Of a stretch of DNA of 64,000 bases, positions 26,431 to 37,003 are shown one piece after another. Source of the stretch: Eledone cirrhosa (Eukaryota); contig OZ024747.1 in the NCBI GenBank assembly GCA_964016885.1, positions 65,968,001 to 66,032,000 on the forward strand. The letters run 5' to 3'. Under the pieces are notes generated by a model. That model made no database searches and was not told the DNA's origin. It was given only the letters and a program-made list of their open reading frames with translations. The translations under genes were made by a program, and so were the position numbers. Positions within the stretch are counted from its first letter, which is position 1; the number at the start of each line of letters is the position of its first letter.

Positions 26431-27225
26431 TCCAGGGGTAACTTAGGAACCCCACAGATCCTAAACCGCCCAAGAGCACCACTGGAAGGTCCTCTTCGTC
26501 TATCTAAACTCTCCAGCCTACAGGTGCATGGTCAGAGTAGGCCCATACACTCGGGCCATCCTCACTACATTCACCCACCTTTTAACAAATGTACTGGTGG
26601 AGGGTATGGGGCAGCACTTCCCTCGCAACCCTCACATTCCTTTCCAAATGGAATTTGAAAAACATTGACGAGGGCTTAGCCTAAGAGAAAAGTGTCTGTA
26701 TTCAGTCCTTTAAGCCACGTTCATCACACAACCCATTTCGATAGTCATCAGACAGAGGAAAACTCTTTCTCCTTTCCGACCAAAAGAAAGCGGCGAGGTG
26801 ATCTTCACGATAAAGTCGTTTATGGTAACTATACTAACAGTAATGTTAATCCTAATTCTAAGTCTAACAGTAACCCTAATTGTTATTCTATTATTACTTC
26901 TCACACTCATATTTCTCCACTTCTACCATCACCTAAACGAACAATAAAACACAAAACGTATACCATTTTTAAACACGTTTAAACTTGTTTATTGTATTTT
27001 ATTCTAACTTCTCCCTCTCAGCTCCTAATAGCTCATTCATCTTACGTTGTCCTGAATCGCTCACACTACAAAGAAAAAATCCCTAATACAACCCACTATG
27101 TCGAAACGGCTTGAGCTCTGCCGTCGGGATTAAACATTTTTCTATTTCCCACTCTACTACCCTAAGTATTGAGTACTCTGGTGCGTTATGGTCCATCTGG
27201 TTCCTTACCACACTTCCTTCATTAT
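26430..27225 (+). mobile_element. Decayed PLE 3' end/pLTR of the 9.3-kb family
   Basis: 27100-27222 closely matches 34100-34222, including GAAA-CGGC..GCCG-TC; the upstream catalytic box is absent. Confidence 0.55.
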
Positions 27226-27227
27226 AT

Positions 27228-27334
27228 ATTCCCGCCGAGGTTAACTTTGTCTTTCATCCTTACGGGGTCGATAAAATAAAGTACCAGTAATGCACTGGGT
27301 AATTGCTGGGCTTGTGCCAAAAAGTAGAAACAAT

Positions 27335-27336
<2 letters not shown>
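27228..27336 (+). mobile_element. 5'-truncated SINE
   Basis: Matches 61140-61246. Confidence 0.8.
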
Positions 27337-27378
<42 letters not shown>

Positions 27379-27804
27379 AATGTATGTATATGTATGTGCA
27401 CATACATGTACGCACACAAATACACACACACATACATACACATACATCCATACACACACACACATACTCATAAACCTCCCTCACACACTTATAATGTATA
27501 TGCATATATATAAATACAATGTTCAAGCATTTCATTTTATAACCCTCTAATGCTTGTTTTTCTCTTATGTAGATAATTCGTTTTGCTATAAGACGAGAAA
27601 CTCTTGGGGTATCTCGGAAGCCATGAATAATAAAAAGGATATCCAATATTTGCAGAAAGCTATACATTTAAGATCAACTATTGAAGGTAGGATTACAGCA
27701 GAGTTCGTAACAGAGCTTACAAAATACATTTGTGCATTTAATCCAGAATTAATACGCGTAATACAAATTATAACTACACAAAACAACATACACACGTATA
27801 CATA

Positions 27805-27846
<42 letters not shown>

Positions 27847-27971
27847 GTGTGGGATGCTTAAAGCGTCCGTAAGCGATATGCCGTTTGAGCACTCGATGCT
27901 CTTACAGAGCAGAGTGTAATATCACATAAGAAACAGAGAATCAGATTTGGAAACTCTGCTTCGGAGAATCA

Positions 27972-28068
27972 AGACATATCTGAGGATCTTACGATTTCAG
28001 AGTCAGGTTGGATCACTGCATCGATCGGGCCTCGAGCTGGTCGCCAGAGAAACGATTGTAATATGTCT
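27972..28068 (+). ncRNA. Type I hammerhead ribozyme in an about 285-bp non-coding insertion (27843-28127)
   Basis: AGACATAT-CTGAGGA-TCT...AGA-GAAA-C GATT G-TA-ATATGTCT; perfect 8-bp stem I. Confidence 0.8.
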
Positions 28069-28121
28069 AATAAATCTTATTCCTTTCTTATGTGATATAT
28101 ATAAGAAACTCCGTTTCATAT

Positions 28122-28178
<57 letters not shown>

Positions 28179-28293
28179 GTAAAAACTAAAAATAAAAAGG
28201 GACAGGGGAATATTTAGATATTATCTTTTTCTTTAATCCAACAGAATAAATATTTTCATAATTACATGGGTTTAAATGGATTTAAGTTTTATA

Positions 28294-28338
28294 AAATATT
28301 TCCGGTTTCGATTGGTTTGTCAATCTTATCAAATATTT
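28294..28338 (-). ncRNA. Minimal hammerhead, U3-A8 variant, cleavage triplet mutated
   Basis: AAATAT-TTGATAA-GATTG acaaac CAATC-GAAA-CCGG-AA-ATATTT; GAA in place of GUH. Confidence 0.6.
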
Positions 28339-28489
28339 AAAAAAATTGTTCTCATATTCTGTAGAGAGTTAGAACATCTGAGAAATTTTCTCTCAAAATC
28401 TCTTCTTATATCTAAGTTCTTTATAAAGGTGGGGTGGTGAAGGTGAAAGTAGGATTTATTGAACGCCTCTGATTCCCTCACCAAATGTA

Positions 28490-29750
28490 ACATGATCATC
28501 CAGCTACTTGAGGGTCAGCATGGCTAAGTCAGGCAATTACTGGCTCTTCAAACCCTTTCTCATACAAAATGGCATAAAGATGGCTTGTTTTCTTGCACCG
28601 ACACTTTTCACCATGCTACTGACAAAGGCTTTGGTGCGTCTCGATAGGTAGGGCAGTCTCTATGTCGGATATCATACCGATGATAGCCTATTTAATCTGA
28701 GGCGATTGCAGTCCTATTCAAAGTTACTGGACAATCTCATCCGGGAATTACTCTTCGCCTACACAGAATTGCGGAGGCACGTGATCTAGTAGTAAGAGTG
28801 TTGGACGTACGATCATAATATCGTGGGTTCGATTCCTGGGTTGCGTGTTGTGTTCTTGAGCAAAACACTTCATTTCACGTTGTTCCAGTATACTCAGCTC
28901 AAAATGAGTACCAGCAATAGCTGGGAGTTTAACTCTGCGATAGACTGGCGTCCTGTCCAGGAGGAAGTCTTGTACTCTCATTCGCTTAACGCCATGAAAC
29001 CGAGATAAGCACCGACCAAATGAGCATCTGGCTTAAGACAGACTTTAGACTTAGACTTTAGATTACACAGAATCAGGCCTGCAGCGTATAGCATTTTTCT
29101 GCACAAACCCGCACTTCGGGAGGATTACCGTCCCTGCATTTTCATCAGCGAAACGGAGCTGAAGACAGTCAGCTTAGCTACCTGGGATGCTCCATCTCTT
29201 CAGATGCCAAGATTAACAAAGAGGTTGATAGCAAACTGTCTAAAGGAAACAGTGCATTTGTACAAAAGAGTCTAGAACTACAGACTCTTGCAAAAAATAA
29301 TCAACATCAGCATATAGAGATTCGTTGTGTTGAACACCCTCTTCTATGGCGCCGAGTCGTGGGTTACTTATGATTCCTTGAGCGCCCCTTAATAGAGTTG
29401 CCTTCACATCATCCTCAACATCCACTGTAATGAATTTGTCACCAATATTGATGTCATTGAACAGAGCGCACCTCTATTGACCCCATCGCCATCCTGTTAA
29501 ACACGCAACTACACTAAGCAGGCACTGAAAAATTAGGTCCGAGGATTCCTTGAAGAAACCCTTTAAAGCTTGTTATATTGACTATCACCAATGGTGTAAC
29601 ATGGTTTCTGATATCATAATCTGCTGACATGTTTTCTCCTTCGATATTGCTTGTTGAGGACAAGAGGAGAGGGAGGAAGACAAATTAGAACAGAATTGTC
29701 TAAGCAGCTGCCGCCGCGGTATCTCATGTTGTTCTACATTGGTCTTGAAA
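28490..29750 (+). pseudogene. Decayed RTE-clade LINE
   Basis: NGIKMACFLAPTLF, HTDDSLFNLRRLQ and IRELLFA match RTE RT motifs. Confidence 0.7.
28770..29063 (+). mobile_element. tRNA-derived SINE (second family) inserted in the RTE remnant
   Basis: A-box-like TGATCTAGTAG, B box GGTTCGATTCC, (GACTTTA)-type tail, 10-bp TSD TACACAGAAT at 28760-28769 and 29064-29073. Confidence 0.85.
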
Positions 29751-30084
29751 GGCCAGCGATGTTACAATATAAATATACATACATACATACCTATATATAT
29801 ATATACACACACACATACATTCATACACACACATGCACACTCATACATGCATACATATACACACACATACATATAATATATAATTGTTTCAAAATTGAAA
29901 TTAATAACAATGGCAGACATTAACAACCAAGATGAATATTTAATAATCTTTATTATATCTTCTGATGTGTAGTAATAACGTATCGCCTCTTAACATCATA
30001 TGGTATGTCAATATTTATAACATCATAGAAATGGTTTATTATTTTACCATTTTTAATCCTTCCTAGTGTTCAGGTAATATTTAT

Positions 30085-30385
30085 TTATTGCTTAGGATAA
30101 AGGATAAAGATCCCACAACTCCTTGTGGATTCATAGAGGCACCATCATACGGCGTGTCTCGGGCACTTTTAAACCTCGCGGAGCCGAACCCTATCCAGGT
30201 CTGAACACAGCCAATTCTTTCTATAGAGTAAGAATCGACTGGTACTTTTTTTATCGACCTCGAAAGGATGAAAGGCAAAGTTGACTCCGGTGGGATTTGA
30301 ACTCAGAGCGCGCAATGAGGTGGGACGAATACTGTAAAGCATTTTATCCGACGACTTAATGACTCTGCCAATTCAGCGCCTTATT
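30085..30385 (-). mobile_element. SINE, with a different 3' portion
   Basis: TCGACCTCGAAAGGATGAAAGGCAAAGTTGAC..GGGATTTGAACTCAGA. Confidence 0.75.
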
Positions 30386-30736
30386 TATTGCATAACAGGT
30401 TATTATTACAGGAAAAAACCGACAAATAGAAGAAAGAAAGCAACAAAGTGTGGAAGAAATAAAAGAAGAAAGAAAGGAACATCATTGTAGTTCTAGTTAA
30501 GCCACAGCTCATCACTACGGCTGTTATGAAATTTCGTTCACCTGTGTTTTCTCATTTCATTACTATATCATGAAATGAGAGCAAAAGTTAAAAGTATTTT
30601 AGAAAGACACTAGACATATCCCTTAATACCAATTAAATATATTTCATCAAAGTTAAATTACAGACAAATGAGACACACTTGCCCCCTCCCCCCACACACT
30701 ACACTGTTTGTACTGCACTCTTCGTTATTGTATTTG

Positions 30737-30743
30737 TTTTTAA

Positions 30744-30797
<54 letters not shown>

Positions 30798-30822
30798 ATA
30801 TATATATATATATTTTTTAACT

Positions 30823-30860
<38 letters not shown>

Positions 30861-30866
30861 CTAACT

Positions 30867-30938
<72 letters not shown>

Positions 30939-30949
30939 ATTTTTTAACT

Positions 30950-31029
<80 letters not shown>

Positions 31030-31059
31030 TTGTATATATATATTTTTTTTTTTTTAACT

Positions 31060-31101
<42 letters not shown>

Positions 31102-31125
31102 TTAACTTGTATATATATATATATA
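30737..31125. repeat. Higher-order repeat [TTTTAACTTG(TA)n], about 7 units
   Basis: Directly visible. Confidence 0.9.
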
Positions 31126-32135
31126 TTTACCTAAACTGCGATTCTGTTTTTCTCTCTCTCTCTCTTACTGCTCCCTCGTTCTCTCTGTTTCTCCTACTTT
31201 CTTTCGCCCCCTCTGTCATGTCAGTTAACTCTTCCTCACACTTCCACTCACTCACTCACTGTTTCTCTCCTTCTCACTTCACCCCGTTCGCGACGAATAC
31301 ATTTTCCTTCTTTCTTACATTTGGATTCACCTCGAAAGGTCTTTTTTCTAAGCGCTCATATATTCACCTAGTTTATGCTAACAGAATAACTATGTAGCTT
31401 GTTCCCTTCCTCTCTACGGTTAGCTTTCCTCTTTGTTGTTTACTTGTCTCACTCGCTTTACGCGTTTTAATTGTCCTAATAACTTAATTTAGTTATTATT
31501 GTACCGACGTGAGGTATATGATTTCTAATGCAATGAAATATCTATGATCGTCGGCAAATAACTGACGAGGGACTCATTTTATAACATGTTATCCATGTGC
31601 AACCTGCAGTATTCTTCTCCCCTTTTTTCACATATATTTACCTAAACTGCGATTCTGTTTTTCTCTCTCTCTCTTACTGCTCCCCCGTTCTCTCTGTTTC
31701 TCCTACTTTCTTTCGCCCCCTCTGTCATGTCAGTTAACTCTTCCTCACACTTCCACTCACTCACTCACTGTTTCTCTCCTTCCCACTTCACCCCGTTCGC
31801 GACGAATACATTTTCCTTCTTTCTTACATTTGGATTCATCTCGAAAGGTCTTTTTTCTAAGCGCTCATATATTCACCTAGCTTATGCTAACAGAATAACT
31901 ATGTAGCTTGTTCCCTTCCTCTCTACGGTTAGCTTTCCTCTTTGTTGTTTACTTGTCTCACTCGCTTTACGCGTTTTAATTGTCCTAATAACTTAATTTA
32001 GTTATTATTGCACCGACGTGAGGTATATGATTTTTAATGCAATGAAATATCTATGATCGTCGGCAAATCACTGATGAGGGACTCATTTTATAACATGTTA
32101 TCCATGTGCAACCTGCAGTATTCTTCTCCCCATTT

Positions 32136-32140
<5 letters not shown>
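31121..32140 (+). repeat. Two tandem about 508-bp non-coding units with a half-hammerhead
   Basis: About 31121-31630 matches 31631-32140; each has CTGAYGA-GGGA..ATCC but no following GAAA. Confidence 0.85.
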
Positions 32141-32217
<77 letters not shown>

Positions 32218-33680
32218 ATGTGTGTGTAAAAGGTAAACAGAAATAACAACAGAATCGGTACAGTGTATGGAAGGAATATATTAGGTTCATACTTGAAACA
32301 GCGGGAAGAGGGTCTTAACGTTTCCGACGCTACTCCTTCATCAAAAGAAAGAATGAGAAATTAGATAGATTGAAGGGACGGGCGGGTTGGAATTGGAAAA
32401 ATGTCTTTAGATAAAAATAACAGGTCCATTCATGTTGCCATTTCTTGGAAAACCGTTGATGCTGGCGTTTTGTGTATGATATATATTTTTACACACACAC
32501 ACACACACACATGCACATAGATATATATATATACACACATATATGAATGAGACACATTGATATGGAAGCAAGTATTTCTCATTCATCTGTAAGTTAACTT
32601 AAATGAAATATGTTTAATTGATATTATGGGACATTGTCTGTAGCCATCGCGTTTTCTAAGACCATAAGTCCGTACCTGAAAAATTGTGCTCCGAAGTAAA
32701 GAAATGCATGAGCAACATTATGCACGCGCACGTACACACACACCACACACACACACACACACAATGGGTTTATATTTTATAAATATAAATGATTAAACAT
32801 ACAAATATTAGATATATTTTGAAATATAATAAATACTTATAATAAATTAAATATATTTTAAATCGTTGCTCAATTCAATTGCTTTTTTAATATGTTAAGA
32901 AAAAGTGATTATATTTATTAAATTCAAATAAAAAGCAATCTAAACACGAAAAAAAATAGGATATTTTGATTCAATATCTATGTATATGTTAAACATTCAA
33001 AGCAATCGGTTTGTCTGAGTCAATCTTTGCGTTCAAGTTCAAGTCCTGACGAGGTCCACTTAGCCTTTCACAATTTCGAGGTGATAAAGAAAATACCAAC
33101 TCAATACTGATGCAGCAATCTTTTTCTTCCAGCTTTCACATCCTGTATTTTCCACTAGATGTATGTGTGTGTGTATGCGTGCGTCAGTTGGTGAGTTGAA
33201 TGAATAAAAGCGTTGAAGTAGGAGTACGGTGTGCAAGAGAGAATGCTATCCCAGCAACTTGGCTATTTAAGGGTAATAAAGTGACAACAGTACCTATGTC
33301 TATACATAATCAGACTCATTAACAGCTTAATGAACACAACACTAGATTAAAGGAGGGAGGGTCAAGAATATGCCTGCTCGTGACAACAGAAGCAACTAAA
33401 ACTCTTAGCAAAAGCTTGTCTGAAAATAAGTAGACGGAAACTGTTTAAAATCTTATCGGATGGACTGTACTTGTAATTCAAGGAACTAGCCTTGTCACGC
33501 ACACTGTATCACGCAATCTCCCTGAGAATTAAGTTATGGGTTTACATGCATGTGGGATACTCTGTCAGATGTTAATTCTATGACCCGGCTGCTCTGCTAA
33601 TCGAACAATGGGAACACATCGCCGAAATCGACGGAGGTCCATTATATACACAAAATATCTCACACGCACACTCATTCACA

Positions 33681-33733
<53 letters not shown>

Positions 33734-33744
33734 TTATATATATG

Positions 33745-33810
<66 letters not shown>

Positions 33811-33814
<4 letters not shown>

Positions 33815-34221
33815 AACAAGTAAGACCCCGGCGGCTGAGCTCAAGCCGTTAGAATTAACATGTGACAGAGTATCCCACATGCATGTAAACCCATAACTTA
33901 ATTATCAGGGAGATTGCGTGATACAGTGTGCGTGACAAGGCTAGTTCCTTGAATTACAAGTACAGTCCATCCGATAAGATTTTAAACAGTTTCCGTCTAC
34001 TTATTTTCACTGACAAGCTTTTGCTAAGAGTTTTAGTTGCTTCTGTTGTCACGAGCAGGCATATTCTTGACCCTCCCTCCTTTATGTCCAGAATTAGCCG
34101 TCGAAACGGCTTGAGCTCAGCCGTCGGGGTCTTACTTGTTCCTATTACCCACTCTACTACCCTAAGTATTGAGTACTTTGGTGCGTTATGGTCCACCTGG
34201 TTCCTTACCACATTTCCTTCG

Positions 34222-34224
<3 letters not shown>
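33811..34224. mobile_element. PLE pLTR fold-back enclosing an inverted copy of 33348-33580
   Basis: 33811-33850 inverted pLTR piece; 33850-34084 inverted duplicate; 34085-34224 pLTR; (TA)n on both sides. Confidence 0.8.
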
Positions 34225-34279
<55 letters not shown>

Positions 34280-34308
34280 TTATATGTGTGTGTGTATATA
34301 TATATATG

Positions 34309-34340
<32 letters not shown>

Positions 34341-34356
34341 TATATACATATATATC

Positions 34357-34394
<38 letters not shown>

Positions 34395-34395
34395 A

Positions 34396-34482
<87 letters not shown>

Positions 34483-34717
34483 GAGGAGAGAGATTTAATT
34501 TATCAAACAGACTGACAACTAAAGCGATAACCTAAATGCTTAGTTAATGTGATAATTATTCTTTGTGTTTGTGTTAATGTTTATATGAGACGATTAGAGG
34601 CATAGAAGACGAGCAACTGAAAATAAGCAAGAAAGATGAAAGAAGATAGAAAATAAAAGAAATAAAGAAAGGAAGACATTTTTTATTTTCTTATTACATA
34701 CATTTTCTGTTTTCCTA

Positions 34718-34935
34718 CGGCGTCGAATTAGTCGAGTGGTTAGGGAGTCGTATTAAACGCCTCGTCATTTGCTCCCATTCACTGTGCTCTGAGTTCAAGT
34801 CGTACAGAGGTCAAATTTGCCGTTCATCCTTCTGAAATCGATAAAATAAAGTATCAGTTAAGGACTGTAGGCGATGTGATCGACTTTACTCTTCCGCCAT
34901 ATTGCTAGCCGTGTGCCTAAAGTAGAGAGGGTTAT
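34718..34935 (+). mobile_element. Diverged SINE
   Basis: GAGTTCAAGTC..GCCGTTCATCCTTCTGAAATCGATAAAATAAAG..GTGCCTAAAGTAGA. Confidence 0.7.
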
Positions 34936-35595
34936 TACATTGCTACGGTTCCCACTTGCTTAGAAGATTTAGCTGACCACATCTGAGGCTACACTTCACA
35001 GTATGTTTCTTAGGTGTTTTAATGATAGAGGGCCTAATACTATTATTTCATGATATGTTGTTACAACTCACACCTGCTTTGGTTAGATGGGGATACAGGG
35101 TTGGCTCAGATATCTGTCAATGTGGTAAAACAAACCAGATTATGGATCAGCACTAACTTGTTTGTTTTCTGCTGACTAAAATGAAAATAAAAAGAGCTGT
35201 ATGGAGAGGTGGAAAGCTGTTATATAAACAATACGTTTGTTTCGAAGAAACGTCAATTTCATTTTATCTCTATCTCTACTGTAACCTTTTCCCATATAAA
35301 TTTGAAAAAGTATGTTGATAGAAATATCTGTGGACATCATTTAAACATGCCCAACACGATTACGCGAGATACAAACTGTGCGTTTCCTTTCTTATTCGAA
35401 TATTCATCAGTTTAAGCGTAATATCGCCAACAGAAGCATTATTCTCCATTAGAAATTACAACATACTATATATCAACGTAACCACATTTTCTACTGTAAA
35501 TCCCGTTAGCGTTTATTAATCCTCTTTCTTCCGTATACGACAAAGGATAATCTCTCTCTCTTCCTCTCTTTATATATATATATATAACAAACCTT

Positions 35596-35631
<36 letters not shown>

Positions 35632-36153
35632 AGTGTAATTTACTACACAAAACGAAGGTTATAGAGAAAATTGAGGTTGGTAATGGCACATGGAATATAT
35701 AAGAGACAGAATACTTTTTTGTGAAAAAACATATAATTTTATAAGGTAAGGAAATAATAAAGGGTATAAAAAATGACCGGTTTCGATGGGTCTGCAAAAG
35801 CCATCTTTTCAAATGTTGATTAATATTAAGAAAAATTAATAATAAGAAGAGTTAAAATTTGAGATTTGAAAATTCAAGTATAGAATTCATTGTGGGATTT
35901 CATAGTAGTTTTCATCTTGGTAGCAACTCGTTGACTGCTTCTGGTAGTGAATGAGAAGTTATTTGGGGTGTGGGTTATTTTATAAAGGTCAAATTTAGCA
36001 ATGGCCAGATGGCCAGCTGCTGGTCAGTGAGGGGGTGGAAGCAATATACATACATATATCTTCCTGTGCTCGGTAGGAGAGGGGAGATTGATAGAAAGGG
36101 ATTTAGTGCACTTACACCTATATATACACACATACCTTCATCCACACATACAT

Positions 36154-36199
<46 letters not shown>

Positions 36200-36261
36200 A
36201 TACACACACACATACATATACATACACACATACACACACACATATATGCACATACACACAC

Positions 36262-36300
<39 letters not shown>

Positions 36301-36462
36301 TATACATATACATACACATACATCCAGATACACACATACATACATACACACACACACACATATATATATATATATGTGTACATACATATATATACACACA
36401 TATACATACACATATATATACACACACCCACACATACATACACACACACATATATATACATA

Positions 36463-36558
<96 letters not shown>

Positions 36559-36569
36559 CACACACACAC

Positions 36570-36616
<47 letters not shown>

Positions 36617-37003
36617 TACATACACCCACACACAGAGAAATGGCCTCCAAATATATATATATACATACATACATATATATTGTTTCCATAATATAAGAAG
36701 TTAGGGCAGTGAAATTAAAATACAAGTCATTCTGATCACATTGAGTTCTTCATGTAGATTGGGCCCCGCCACCGACAGTGGTGAATTCTGTGTGCGCATA
36801 TATATATAGATATATGTGTGTGCACGTGCAGGGTTTAACATGGATGTGTTGGTCACACAAAGGCATGGTCTGTCAACGAATAAACCTGATTCTACAGAAT
36901 TGGTCTCTGGTCTTTAATAGTAGTGATAATTATATACATGCACACATACAAACACATATATCTGTCACTCCGTGCGTATGTGTGTTTATATTTTATGACA
37001 ATT

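Noticed and set aside
33046-33056. CTGACGAG as a hammerhead core
   Set aside because: It is a mutated SINE segment (consensus CCCGCCGAGG) with no stem II-GAAA-stem III
34085-34200. HDV-like ribozyme on the minus strand (CCGT-TTCG-ACGG-CTAA)
   Set aside because: No P1/P3/L3 could be fitted; the plus strand is explained as the 3' half of a hammerhead
35080-35155. RWGYRVGSDICQCG..QIMDQH as a host exon
   Set aside because: It resembles the C-terminal zinc motif of a decayed LINE; too short to classify
35570-35812. Repeated ORF MKRWLLQTHRNR (three copies) as a small gene
   Set aside because: It begins at a TTG inside the hammerhead of the pLTR; the repetition reflects pLTR duplication
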